NCBI GenBank assembly: GCA_965221695.1 | Contig: OZ244905.1 | Location: forward strand, 960,001-1,024,000 | DNA length: 64,000 nucleotides | DNA from: Gammaproteobacteria bacterium | GTDB taxonomy: Bacteria; Pseudomonadota; Gammaproteobacteria; Eutrophobiales; Eutrophobiaceae | Direction of reading: 5' to 3' | Part shown: piece by piece, positions 10,903 to 20,754 of the stretch | Layout: every line of letters begins with the position of its first letter | Numbering within the stretch: the first letter of the stretch is position 1 | Made by a program: the position numbers and the translations under genes | Notes under the pieces: generated by a model | Database searches by the model: none | The model's input: the letters and a program-made list of their open reading frames with translations, nothing else | What the model was told of the DNA's origin: nothing

Positions 10903-11670
10903 ATGACTATTTCCTTAAAAACGCCGGATGAGGTAGAGAAAATGCGCGTCGCCGGGGCTCTGGCCTCTTCAGTCCTCGCCATGATCGAGCCGCATGTGAA
11001 GGCCGGCGTCACCACTGCCGAACTCGATAGCATCTGCCATGAATACATCACCGATAAACTGCACGCGATACCGGCGCCATTGAATTATCGCGGTTTCCCC
11101 AAGTCTATCTGCACTTCCATTAACCACGTGGTCTGCCACGGCATACCCGGCAATAAACGCCTGAAAAACGGCGATATCATCAATATAGACATCACCGTAA
11201 TAAAAAACGGGTATCACGGCGATACCAGCAAGATGTTCTGTGTCGGGCAACCGTCGGTACGCGCCAGGAGACTGGTGGACACAACTTACGAATGCCTGCT
11301 ACTGGGAATTGAAATGGTCAAACCCGGCACGCGCCTGGGTGATATCGGGCACGCGATCCAGTCCTATGCGGAAGCGCGCCGGTTCTCGGTTGTGCAGGAA
11401 TATTGCGGACACGGGATCGGCAGGCAGTTCCACGAAGAACCGCAGGTTCTGCATTATGGATTGCCGGGAACCGGGGTAGAGCTCAAGGCAGGTATGACAT
11501 TCACCATCGAACCTATGATCAACGCCGGCAAGCGCCATGTCAAACAGCTACCCGATAACTGGACTGTGGTCACCAAGGATCACTCACTTTCCGCGCAATG
11601 GGAACATACCATTCTGGTCACCAACGACGGCCACGAGGTATTGACCCGCCGGCCTGAAGAAAAGTTTTAA
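10903..11670 (+). CDS. map: Methionine aminopeptidase type I
   Basis: CHGIP, DITV..GYHGDTS, GHGIG..FHEEP, TIEPMIN, AQWEHT. Confidence 0.98.
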   Translation: MTISLKTPDEVEKMRVAGALASSVLAMIEPHVKAGVTTAELDSICHEYITDKLHAIPAPLNYRGFPKSICTSINHVVCHGIPGNKRLKNGDIINIDITVIKNGYHGDTSKMFCVGQPSVRARRLVDTTYECLLLGIEMVKPGTRLGDIGHAIQSYAEARRFSVVQEYCGHGIGRQFHEEPQVLHYGLPGTGVELKAGMTFTIEPMINAGKRHVKQLPDNWTVVTKDHSLSAQWEHTILVTNDGHEVLTRRPEEKF

Positions 11671-11691
11671 CTCAATTCAGAGGTTCCTTAA
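11659..11691. repeat. Degenerate copy of IS5-like-ended mini element
   Basis: TCAGAGGTTCCTTAA right end; left arm eroded and overlapping map stop. Confidence 0.55.
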
Positions 11692-11738
11692 GGTTAATCC
11701 GAAGCGCCGGCGTTATTCAGCTATAAGGTATAAAGCAC

Positions 11739-14372
11739 ATGGCTATCGAAGAAACATTATTGTTCGACCAAACCAGCCTGGACGGGAAGGCCTGCGATGT
11801 AACTCACCTCAGGCAAGCCCTGGAGCATGGCAACCGTTATCTGAACGAGCGCTTTGAGGCTGGCACGCCGGTGCGCGAGGTCATCAACAAACGAGCCTGG
11901 TTGATCGATCAACTGCTAATTCGCGCATGGCAACATCATATTGCCAGCGACTCCATGTCAATGGTGGCGGTCGGCGGTTACGGCCGCATGGATTTATTGC
12001 CGGCCTCCGATACAGACCTGCTGTTGCTGATAAAACCGCGCCGGCAAAAATACATGAAATCCGGCATTGAAAGCTTCCTGGCGCTGCTTTGGGACATCGG
12101 CCTGGAAGTAGGCCACAGTGTGAGGACGGTGAAGGAGTGTGTGCAAGAAGCGAAATTGGACGTCACAGTCGCCACAAATCTTATGGAATCCAGGCTGATT
12201 ATCGGTAATGCGGCATTGTTCGAGGCGATGATTAAGATGACGGGGCCGAAGAAAATCTGGCCGTCAAGAAAGTTCTTTGCGGCAAAATGGGAGGAACAGA
12301 CCACCCGCCACAATAAATTTCATGACAGTGAAAATAACCTGGAGCCAAATATCAAGGAAGGGCCGGGCGGGTTGCGCGACATCCACATGATTGGCTGGGT
12401 CGCGAAAAGGCATTTTGGCGCTGAACGACTCAGGGATCTTGTAAAACATGATTTCCTCTCGCAAAAGGAATATGACAGCCTTAACAAGGCGCACAATTTC
12501 TTATGGCGCGTGCGCTATACCCTACATCTCGTCTCCAACAGAAGAGAAGACCGGCTGCTGTTTGATCATCAAAAAAACGTCGCCGGCAACTTCGGTTATG
12601 CCACGGAGGGCAATTCAGGCGTCGAACAATTCATGAAAACCTACTACCAGACGGTGAAGGAGATCAGCCGATTGAACGAAATGCTGCTGCAGCATTTCCA
12701 GGAAGAGATCATCTACGCGCGCAGAAAAGAAAAACTGCGGCCGCTGAACAAGCGCTTTCAAATAAGGAATGATTTTATCGAAGTAACGAACAAGCAGGTC
12801 TTCAAACAATACCCGCTCGCTCTGCTTGAGATATTCCTGTTGTTGCAACAGAACCAGAATATCAAAGGGGTGAGAGCCAGCACTGTCAGGCTGATTCGGG
12901 AGTCACTGCTCCTCATCGACTCAACCTTCAGGAAAGATATAAAGAGCCAGAGCCTGTTCCTGGAAATAATCCGTCAGCCGCGCAGGGTCGGACACGAGTT
13001 AAGGCGTATGCACAAATACGGCGTATTGGGCGCGTACATGCCCGAATTTGCCCAGATTGAAGGGCTGATGCAATTTGACCTGTTTCATATTTATACGGTT
13101 GATGAACATATCCTGTTCGTAATAAGAAACATGCGACGCTTTAACCTGGACGAATACAGGGATAAATTTCCCTTATGCCGCCAGGTCTTACAGCAGATAC
13201 CGAAACAGGAATTATTGTATTTTGCCGGCATGTTCCATGATATGGCTAAAGGCAGGGACGGCGATCATTCCACCCTGGGCGCCCAGGATGCGCTGGCCTT
13301 CTGTCGTAGACACCACTTGAGTGATTATGACGCGAAACTGGTCGCCTGGCTCGTGGAGTGGCATTTGCTGATGTCGAAAACCGCGCAAAGAGAAGATATC
13401 AACGATCCGGAAGTCATCAACCAGTTTGCTCAAAAAGTGGGTGATATCATTCATCTGAACTACCTCTATCTGCTCACCGTGGCCGATATCAATGGCACCA
13501 ACCCAGACCTGTGGAATAGCTGGAAGGACGCGCTGATTGCTGACCTGTACAACAAGACCTTGTCTGCGCTGCGGCGCGGGCTCGAGCGCCCGATAAACAA
13601 GACTGAACTCATTACGGATACAAAGGCCCGCTCCCTGGCGGTCATTAAAGCCGGCAACCAGGATGTCGCAGAAACCGAAACAATATGGCCATACCTCAGC
13701 GATGATTACTTTCTGCGATACTCTGCTACGGAAATTGCCTGGCATACCAGCGCCATATTGAAATGCAAAGATGCCAGCCTGCCTTTAATCCTGCTGAGGG
13801 AAGAATCCGAACGCGGCGCTACCGCAATATTTATTTACATGCGCGACCACGACAACATATTCTCGCGCATTTCCGGCGCCCTGGACATGCTGGACCTGAA
13901 TGTTGTCGACGCCCGTGTCATGAGCTCGATTCATGGCTACACCCTGGACACATTCAGCGTCCTGGAAAAATCCGGTGTTACCGTTAAAGGTCGCGCCCGA
14001 AAGAGGGAAATTATCAGCGCGCTGAAGCAGAACCTGCTGACTCTGGATAAGCCGATCAAGCGCGCCGAACGCCTGCGGTCGAGGAGGCTGCAGCATTTTT
14101 CCATACCAACCCGCGTTGACTTCAGCATTGACGCCAGGAACGACCGCAATATCATGGAGGTCAGCGCCAGGGACCAGCCCGGGTTTCTTTCTTCGGTCGG
14201 AATGGCGTTGGAGTATTGTGGCGCGCGCGTGCAAGCCGCAAAAATCGCCACCTACGGCGAACGGGTGGAAGACCTGTTTTATATCACTGACCGAAACAAC
14301 CGGCTTATTACGGACAGCGCCAAACTGCAGTGTCTCAGCGACACGATCACTCTATCGCTAAAAGTAAATTAG
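11739..14372 (+). CDS. glnD: [Protein-PII] uridylyltransferase
   Basis: AVGGYGR..SDTDL, EPNIKEGPGGLRD, HD motif FHDMAKGR, two ACT domains. Confidence 0.98.
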   Translation: MAIEETLLFDQTSLDGKACDVTHLRQALEHGNRYLNERFEAGTPVREVINKRAWLIDQLLIRAWQHHIASDSMSMVAVGGYGRMDLLPASDTDLLLLIKPRRQKYMKSGIESFLALLWDIGLEVGHSVRTVKECVQEAKLDVTVATNLMESRLIIGNAALFEAMIKMTGPKKIWPSRKFFAAKWEEQTTRHNKFHDSENNLEPNIKEGPGGLRDIHMIGWVAKRHFGAERLRDLVKHDFLSQKEYDSLNKAHNFLWRVRYTLHLVSNRREDRLLFDHQKNVAGNFGYATEGNSGVEQFMKTYYQTVKEISRLNEMLLQHFQEEIIYARRKEKLRPLNKRFQIRNDFIEVTNKQVFKQYPLALLEIFLLLQQNQNIKGVRASTVRLIRESLLLIDSTFRKDIKSQSLFLEIIRQPRRVGHELRRMHKYGVLGAYMPEFAQIEGLMQFDLFHIYTVDEHILFVIRNMRRFNLDEYRDKFPLCRQVLQQIPKQELLYFAGMFHDMAKGRDGDHSTLGAQDALAFCRRHHLSDYDAKLVAWLVEWHLLMSKTAQREDINDPEVINQFAQKVGDIIHLNYLYLLTVADINGTNPDLWNSWKDALIADLYNKTLSALRRGLERPINKTELITDTKARSLAVIKAGNQDVAETETIWPYLSDDYFLRYSATEIAWHTSAILKCKDASLPLILLREESERGATAIFIYMRDHDNIFSRISGALDMLDLNVVDARVMSSIHGYTLDTFSVLEKSGVTVKGRARKREIISALKQNLLTLDKPIKRAERLRSRRLQHFSIPTRVDFSIDARNDRNIMEVSARDQPGFLSSVGMALEYCGARVQAAKIATYGERVEDLFYITDRNNRLITDSAKLQCLSDTITLSLKVN

Positions 14373-14405
14373 GGAAGCTCTGAGACTTAATCAGAGGTTC
14401 CCTAA
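14369..14405. repeat. Minimal palindromic element with IS5-like ends
   Basis: TTAG-GGAAGCTCTGA-GACTTAA-TCAGAGGTTCC-CTAA; near-identical copy at 36244. Confidence 0.85.
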
Positions 14406-14414
14406 ATTATTACT

Positions 14415-15101
14415 GTGCCATATTCGGATCACAAAACCATCGCGCCGCCGCAATCGGAAGCTGAGTTAATGCGCCGTTGCCAAGAGCTGGCCGGCAAGTC
14501 GCTCGGGAGGGTGGCTGCTGAACTGAATGTCGCCGCGCCCGAGTCCCGCGCCAGGGGGAAGGGATGGGCCGGCCAACTCATCGAGCGCTACCTGGGCGCC
14601 AGCGCCGCCTCGCAGCCGGAACCGGACTTTACATCTCTTGGAATCGAGCTAAAAACGATACCCGTCAACCGGCAAGGCAAGGCCAAGGAATCCACTTTTG
14701 TCTGCGTGGCGCCGATGACCGTTGCGCCTGGCCTGAGTTGGACGGCTTCCACGGTCAGGCATAAACTCAGCCGGGTACTCTGGGTGCCGATAGAAGCCGA
14801 CCCAGAAATACTGCCGTCTAACAGCAGGACAGGAAACGCTTTTCTGTGGAGTCCATCGCCGGAACAGACCCAAATCCTGCGTCAGGATTGGCAGGAGCTG
14901 GTTGAAATGCTATGTTTCGGCGATGTTGATAAAATCAGCGCAAGACATGGTAAATATCTGCAACTCAGGCCCAAAGCCGCCAGTTCCGCCAGCCTGGTCC
15001 GAACAACCCTGGCGGATGGCAAAACCGGAATGACTCTGCCCAGGGGATTTTACCTGCGCGCCCGGTTTACCAACATTCTGCTTAAAGAACATGCGGGCTG
15101 A
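14415..15101 (+). CDS. mutH: DNA mismatch repair endonuclease MutH
   Basis: KGWAGQLIE, PEPDF..LGIELKTIP, ESTFVCVAP, LQLRPKAA, TLPRGFYLR. Confidence 0.93.
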   Translation: MPYSDHKTIAPPQSEAELMRRCQELAGKSLGRVAAELNVAAPESRARGKGWAGQLIERYLGASAASQPEPDFTSLGIELKTIPVNRQGKAKESTFVCVAPMTVAPGLSWTASTVRHKLSRVLWVPIEADPEILPSNSRTGNAFLWSPSPEQTQILRQDWQELVEMLCFGDVDKISARHGKYLQLRPKAASSASLVRTTLADGKTGMTLPRGFYLRARFTNILLKEHAG

Positions 15102-16092
15102 TCCAGACTGTATAAAATTAAGTCACAGGTTATGCGTAGCGCCCATGATGGCGCATACGGACAGGCATTTTCGTTACCTGCTGCGCCTGCTTTCCGAACG
15201 TTCCATGCTGTACACTGAAATGCTGACCACGGGCGCCTTGCTGTATGGAGATGTTGAGAAGCACGCCAGGTTCAATGATGCGGAGCGCCCTGTCGGCATA
15301 CAGTTGGGCGGCAGCATCCCTGACGACCTGGCAAGTTGCGCCCGCATCGCCGCAGACTTCGGATACGATGAAATAAACCTGAATGTAGGCTGTCCCAGCG
15401 AACGGGTCAAATCCGGACACTTCGGCGCTTGCCTCATGGCTGAACCCGAACTGGTTGCTGACTGCGTGCGCGCCATGGTTGAAGCGACTGAATTACCGGT
15501 CACGGTCAAAACCCGCACCGGCATTGATGATCAGGACGATTATGAACGCTTGCAAGGGTTTGTTGCTGCCGTTTCCGACGCCGGATGCCGCGTGTTTATC
15601 ATCCATGCCCGCAAAGCCTGGCTGCAAGGACTGAACCCTCGGCAGAACCGGTCTGTGCCACCGCTACAATACGATCGGGTGTACCGCTTGAAACAGGATT
15701 TTCCGCAACTGGAAATCATCATTAACGGGGGGATCATGGATGTTGGCGCAGCGCGTCATCACTTGCGTCATGTGGATGGAGTCATGCTCGGAAGAGCCAT
15801 ATGTAATAACCCTTACCTGCTTGCCGGGCTGGACAAATGCCTGTTCGGCATGAACAATATAGTCCCCTCACGCATGCAAACGTTGCACAACTACATGCGT
15901 TATATGGAAAGAGAGGTGGCTGACGGTGAAAGACTGTACGCGATGGCGCGCCACTTGCTGGGGCTGTTTCACGCGCAGCGCGGCGCCCGCGCTTACCGAC
16001 GCCACTTGACGACGAAAGCGGTTCAAGCGAGCGCCGGGATGGAGGTTATCAGAGAAGCGGTAGCATTGGTTAATTTTGAAAGCTCTGGCTGA
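15091..16092 (+). CDS. dusA: tRNA dihydrouridine(20/20a) synthase
   Basis: VAPMM..TDRH, QLGGS, NLNVGCPSERV, HARKAWLQGL. Confidence 0.95.
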   Translation: MRADPDCIKLSHRLCVAPMMAHTDRHFRYLLRLLSERSMLYTEMLTTGALLYGDVEKHARFNDAERPVGIQLGGSIPDDLASCARIAADFGYDEINLNVGCPSERVKSGHFGACLMAEPELVADCVRAMVEATELPVTVKTRTGIDDQDDYERLQGFVAAVSDAGCRVFIIHARKAWLQGLNPRQNRSVPPLQYDRVYRLKQDFPQLEIIINGGIMDVGAARHHLRHVDGVMLGRAICNNPYLLAGLDKCLFGMNNIVPSRMQTLHNYMRYMEREVADGERLYAMARHLLGLFHAQRGARAYRRHLTTKAVQASAGMEVIREAVALVNFESSG

Positions 16093-16108
16093 ACCAGAGA
16101 TTCTTTAG
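16078..16108. repeat. Degenerate minimal palindromic element (same family as 14369)
   Basis: GAAAGCTCTGG-CTGAA-CCAGAGATTCT-TTAG overlapping dusA stop. Confidence 0.5.
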
Positions 16109-16117
16109 AGAGTTTAT

Positions 16118-16789
16118 ATGAGAAGTTATTTTTTACTTATTGTTTTTTTAATAATATTTATGCTAAATCCTGTCCGGTCAGAAGAGACCGACATGACCCA
16201 TAAGCAAAAGCTCAGTTATGCGCTGGGGGTATTTTTTGCGCAGAGCGTATCGCAACAAAACATAGATATGGATGTGGATCAGTTCCTCGCCGCCGTATCC
16301 GACATCCTCAACAATAACCCGCCAAAACTGTCCATCGAAGAAATACAAACCATTTTTGCGGAATTTCAGCAACAGGAACAACAAAACAGGGCCAGGTTGG
16401 CCGCCGTCAATAGCGAATCAGGGAAGGCGTTTCTGAAACAAAACAGGGAACGGGAAGGCGTGGTGGAACTGGACAACGGCCTACAATATAAAATCCTGCG
16501 GCCGGGTTCCGGTCCGACCCCGGAAGCGGGTGGTGAAGTGACTGTTCATTACCGGGGCAAACTGATCAACGGAACTGAATTCGATAGTTCATACCAGCGA
16601 AACGAACCGGCAAAACTGTCCCTGAACCGGGTCATCAAGGGTTGGCAGCTTGCGCTGCCGCTGATGAAAACCGGCGCGCTATGGGAACTGTATATCCCAT
16701 CGGAACTTGCCTACGGCAGCGCTGGACAGGGGGCAATCGGGCCGGATGAAACTCTGATTTTTGAGGTGGAATTAATTGAGGCGCAGTAA
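16118..16789 (+). CDS. FKBP-type peptidyl-prolyl isomerase, Mip/FkpA/FklB-like, exported
   Basis: Signal peptide, KLSYALG, GLQYKIL, VHYRGKLINGTEFDSS, VIKGW, TLIFEVEL. Confidence 0.95.
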   Translation: MRSYFLLIVFLIIFMLNPVRSEETDMTHKQKLSYALGVFFAQSVSQQNIDMDVDQFLAAVSDILNNNPPKLSIEEIQTIFAEFQQQEQQNRARLAAVNSESGKAFLKQNREREGVVELDNGLQYKILRPGSGPTPEAGGEVTVHYRGKLINGTEFDSSYQRNEPAKLSLNRVIKGWQLALPLMKTGALWELYIPSELAYGSAGQGAIGPDETLIFEVELIEAQ

Positions 16790-17216
16790 CATTGCCACAT
16801 TTTTTTGTCTGACGCTGCAATTCGCCCTGTTGCCGGCCTCGGACAACCACGCGCAGGACACTTCGGTAGCCGCCGGGATCCGGGCCTATCAGGATGGGCA
16901 TTACCAATCGGCTGCCGCCAGCTTCAGGAACGCCCTGGAGATTGCGCCGCAGGACTCTTCACTGCATCATTGGCTGGGCAGGTGTTATGGCAGAATTGCC
17001 GAGCATGGCAACTGGTTTGCCGCCATATCCTATGCCAAGAAGACCTTGAAACAGTTCCGCAAAGCGGTGGAACTGGACAGCAACAACTACGAGGCATTAC
17101 GCGACCTGATAAACTACCTGGAAACCGCCCCTCGGATGTTAGGAGGCAACGGGCAGGAAGCGAAACATTTGCGACAGCGACTGGAAGCTTTGCGGGCCGC
17201 GCGAGAAGAGCAATGA
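16776..17216 (+). CDS. Small exported tetratricopeptide-repeat protein
   Basis: Signal-like N-terminus; GIRAYQDGHYQSAAASFRNALEIAP, FRKAVELDSNN TPR patterns; overlaps both neighbours. Confidence 0.8.
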   Translation: MRRSNIATFFCLTLQFALLPASDNHAQDTSVAAGIRAYQDGHYQSAAASFRNALEIAPQDSSLHHWLGRCYGRIAEHGNWFAAISYAKKTLKQFRKAVELDSNNYEALRDLINYLETAPRMLGGNGQEAKHLRQRLEALRAAREEQ

Positions 17217-19321
17217 TTAGAATCCTGGCGCTGTTCTTGCTGTCGGCTGCCACGGCGAGCGCCGCGCCGCCGCTGATAAAGGATGAGGGGTTGCGAGCCG
17301 AACAACGGCATATACGCGCCACGGCGATCATTGTTCATATCCTGGACAAATACCACTATCGCAACAAACTCTTGGATGATAATTTGTCCGGCCTCATCCT
17401 GGACTCCTATCTGGACAGCCTGGACGGCAACCGCAGTTTTTTCCTCGCCAATGATATACGAGAATTTGAGCGTTATCGCTATCTGCTAGACGAAGCGCTG
17501 AAGGAGTCGGATCTGACTCCCGCTTTTGCCATATTCAAGCGCTACCGACAACGGGTCGCCGAACGCGCGCAGTATGCTGTTCAAGCGCTTGAAACCCGGT
17601 TTGATTTTAGTATTGATGAAGAGTATATGTTTGACCGGCAGGAAACGGACTGGGCGCCTGACAAAGCTGCCTTGGACGAGACATGGAGAAAAAAGGTAAA
17701 AAACGATTACCTGGCGTTGCGGATTGCTGACAAAGAGGATACCGAAATTATACATATCTTGCGCAAGCGTTATGAGCGCCTGCGCGCCGGTATATTCCAG
17801 CTTAATTCCAACGATGTATTCCAGTCGTTCATCAATTCCTATGCCGCAGCCATAGAACCACACACGTTTTATTTCACCCCGCGCTCGTCGGAAAACTTCG
17901 ATATCACCATGAAACTGTCTCTTGAAGGTATCGGAGCGGTATTACGCTCAGAATACGACTATACGGTAGTCCAGAAAATTATTCCCGGAGGACCTGCCGA
18001 GCTTGGTGGTGAACTGCGCGTCGAAGATAGAATTATCGGCGTCGGCCAAGGCGCAGAGGGAGAAATAATAGACGTGGTAGGCTGGCGTCTGGCTGACGTG
18101 GTGGACATGATCCGCGGATCTAAAGGATCGGTAGTAAGACTGGAGATTCTGGCCGGGCAAGCCAACCTTCACGACACCAGGACAATCATCTCCATTACCC
18201 GGGATGAAATCAGGTTGGAGGAACAGGCCGCTAAATCAGAGACCATCGAGTTGGAAAATGGCGGCGCAATCGGCATCATCAAGGTGCCAGCGTTTTACAG
18301 CGATTATACTGCCCAGGCGCATGGAAAAAAGGATTACCGCAGCACCACCCGGGATGTCAGGCGTTTGCTTGCCGGATTGAAGGATAACAATCTGGATGGG
18401 CTGGTGATTGACCTGCGAGATAACGGCGGGGGAGCATTAACGGAAGCCTTGGAGTTAACAGGGTTGTTCATCGAGACTGGGCCAATCGTGCAGATTAGGG
18501 ATTACTCGGGCAGAATCGAGATCAATAGAGACCCCGACCCGGGGCTCAGCTACGGCGGCCCCTTGGCGGTATTGGTGAATCGCAACAGCACCTCAGCGTC
18601 CGAGATCTTTGCCGGCGCAATCCAGGACTACCGGCGCGGCATTATTATCGGCGAGCCCACTTTCGGAAAAGGCACCGTTCAGAACATTATCGACCTGAAT
18701 CATTTTACCGAAGCTCTCGATGAAGACCATGGCAGACTAAAGGCTACCATTGCCCAGTTCTTCCGCGTCAGCGGCGACAGCAACCAGCGCCGAGGAGTTG
18801 TGCCCGACATTATATTCCCCACTGCCCGCTATGCCGCTGATTATGGCGAGCGTTTCCTGGATAATGCCTTGCCCTGGGACAGGATCAGAGCGGTGAATTT
18901 CGTGCCGAGCAGCGCGCCGGTCGATAATTTTTCCAAGGCCCGGAAACAGCACGAACAGCGCATCAAAAACAATCGCCTGATAAGCCTGCTGCTGAAGGAA
19001 ATAGAAGTGTCGCAAGCAAGTGATCATATCAGTAGCGTAAGCCTGCGCCAGGATAAGCGCGAGGCAGAGAGCGAAAAGTTGCGCCTCGAAATGGCGGCGA
19101 TACGCAATGAATTGCGTGTCGCGTTGGGCATGGAACCTGTCTCTTCAGATATTCCTGATCCCGGATTCGAGGAAGAGCTGGAACAACTCGACCCGTTACT
19201 GGAAGAGGCTGCCAGGATTCTATATGACCTGGTCGCGCCAGTTCGACAAGCCGCCAACCAGAGAGCCGGAACAGTAGACGCGGCGCTCATCACAACCACC
19301 GCAAGAGGAATCATTCAATGA
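17213..19321 (+). CDS. prc: Carboxy-terminal processing protease Prc/Tsp
   Basis: EPHTFYF, LEGIGAVL, PDZ, IDLRDNGGG, SASEIFAG, TFGKGTVQ; start MIRILAL. Confidence 0.95.
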   Translation: MIRILALFLLSAATASAAPPLIKDEGLRAEQRHIRATAIIVHILDKYHYRNKLLDDNLSGLILDSYLDSLDGNRSFFLANDIREFERYRYLLDEALKESDLTPAFAIFKRYRQRVAERAQYAVQALETRFDFSIDEEYMFDRQETDWAPDKAALDETWRKKVKNDYLALRIADKEDTEIIHILRKRYERLRAGIFQLNSNDVFQSFINSYAAAIEPHTFYFTPRSSENFDITMKLSLEGIGAVLRSEYDYTVVQKIIPGGPAELGGELRVEDRIIGVGQGAEGEIIDVVGWRLADVVDMIRGSKGSVVRLEILAGQANLHDTRTIISITRDEIRLEEQAAKSETIELENGGAIGIIKVPAFYSDYTAQAHGKKDYRSTTRDVRRLLAGLKDNNLDGLVIDLRDNGGGALTEALELTGLFIETGPIVQIRDYSGRIEINRDPDPGLSYGGPLAVLVNRNSTSASEIFAGAIQDYRRGIIIGEPTFGKGTVQNIIDLNHFTEALDEDHGRLKATIAQFFRVSGDSNQRRGVVPDIIFPTARYAADYGERFLDNALPWDRIRAVNFVPSSAPVDNFSKARKQHEQRIKNNRLISLLLKEIEVSQASDHISSVSLRQDKREAESEKLRLEMAAIRNELRVALGMEPVSSDIPDPGFEEELEQLDPLLEEAARILYDLVAPVRQAANQRAGTVDAALITTTARGIIQ

Positions 19322-19764
19322 ATCTGAACAGCTTATCTGTTATTGCATTATTCGCAACCTTTTCCCTGTTACCGTATGGGGCAGGCGCAGCGGACGCGCA
19401 GGGAACGATAAAATACCGCCAGAACTACATGAATGCCATCAGCGGTCACACCGGCGCGCTGCGGCGATTGAAAGACGGCCTGTTCAGCGCGGAAGGGCAT
19501 ATGCAAATGCACGCAACAGCGCTGGCAAAATTGACCAAAGATATCGCCCTGTTATTTCCGGAAGGGACAGGTATAGGAAAAACTGACGCGCAGCCGGAGA
19601 TATGGGAAAACTGGGCGGACTTTGAAGCTCGCGCGGCCGAGAGCCAGCAAGCAGCGCAAGCGCTCCTGGATGCGGTTGAAACCGGAGACGGCGCGGCTAT
19701 CGATACCAGGTTCGGCGAATTGACGGATACCTGTAAAGCCTGCCACCGACCGTTCAGAAAGTGA
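19318..19764 (+). CDS. Class II cytochrome c (cytochrome c'/c556)
   Basis: Signal peptide, IKYRQNYM, TDAQPEIWENWADF, C-terminal CKACH. Confidence 0.9.
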   Translation: MNLNSLSVIALFATFSLLPYGAGAADAQGTIKYRQNYMNAISGHTGALRRLKDGLFSAEGHMQMHATALAKLTKDIALLFPEGTGIGKTDAQPEIWENWADFEARAAESQQAAQALLDAVETGDGAAIDTRFGELTDTCKACHRPFRK

Positions 19765-19773
19765 CAAGCCTAA

Positions 19774-20676
19774 ATGGTTAAAGCGCTGGCAGGCATTGTT
19801 TTTCTGCTTATCTTGTGCTGGTTGCTGCTGCGCCCGGAACCGCTGCCCGTGTTTCTAGGAGCGGGTAGCGATCCGATCAAAGTCGAGATCCAGCGCGGCG
19901 AATACCTGGTAAAAATCGCCGGATGCGCCAACTGCCACACAGATACTGACAACAACGGCGCGCCTCTGACCGGCGGCGTGAAGCTGGAAACCCCGTTCGG
20001 TATTTTTTTCGGCCCGAATATCACTCCTGATAGGGAAACCGGTATCGGCTCCTGGAGTTTTTCGGATTTTGCCCGGGCAATGCATCTGGGCAAAGCGCCG
20101 GCAGGAACGCGTTACTACCCGGCTTTCCCGTACGCCTCTTATACACAAATCCGCTTTGACGACCTGCGCGCCATGTATGCCTACCTGCAGACCAGGCCAC
20201 CCGTCAAGTCCCATAACAGACCCCATGAAACGCCCTGGTATATCAACCGCCTGCTGTTGCCTGTCTGGCAGGCCCTGTTTTTCAGGCCCGGTGTGCGCCA
20301 ACCGACCGGCGCTGACGCATCCTTGGACCGGGGAGGGTATATCGCCAATGCCCTGACCCATTGCGGCGAATGTCATACCCCCAGGAACCTGTTCGGCGCG
20401 ACGCGCCCAACTCTGTTCCTGGCCGGAAGCAAAGATGGTCCAGACGGCGACCCAGTCCCCAACATCACCTCCTCGATAGTGGCTGGCATAGGAAGCTGGG
20501 ATGAAGATGAATTGCTGCTCTATCTGGAGGAAGGCGAATTGCCCGATGGCGATTATGCCGGCGGCACAATGGTGGATGTCATAGACAATTCCACCAGCGC
20601 TATGACCTGGGAAGATCTGCAGTCCCTTGCCAGGTATATTCTCTCCGTGCCGGCCGTGGACAACCCTGTGCGATAA
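19774..20676 (+). CDS. Membrane-anchored diheme cytochrome c
   Basis: RGEYL..CANCHT, PNITPDRETGIGSWS, YYPAFPY, CGECHTPRN. Confidence 0.9.
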   Translation: MVKALAGIVFLLILCWLLLRPEPLPVFLGAGSDPIKVEIQRGEYLVKIAGCANCHTDTDNNGAPLTGGVKLETPFGIFFGPNITPDRETGIGSWSFSDFARAMHLGKAPAGTRYYPAFPYASYTQIRFDDLRAMYAYLQTRPPVKSHNRPHETPWYINRLLLPVWQALFFRPGVRQPTGADASLDRGGYIANALTHCGECHTPRNLFGATRPTLFLAGSKDGPDGDPVPNITSSIVAGIGSWDEDELLLYLEEGELPDGDYAGGTMVDVIDNSTSAMTWEDLQSLARYILSVPAVDNPVR

Positions 20677-20754
20677 CGCCAGCCCGTATTCCACCAGACA
20701 ACGCACGTGCCGCGGTTATCCGGCGGCTCGGCGAGCGTAGACAACGCAACAAGA

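Noticed and set aside
15091-15180. dusA-associated integrative island
   Set aside because: No integrase and no duplicated dusA 5' segment in the window
16805-17212. Long N-terminal extensions in the ORF track (prc here; also dxr, cdsA, dacB, serC, ileS, rpmA, rplU)
   Set aside because: They overlap upstream genes or promoters; downstream starts match family N-termini
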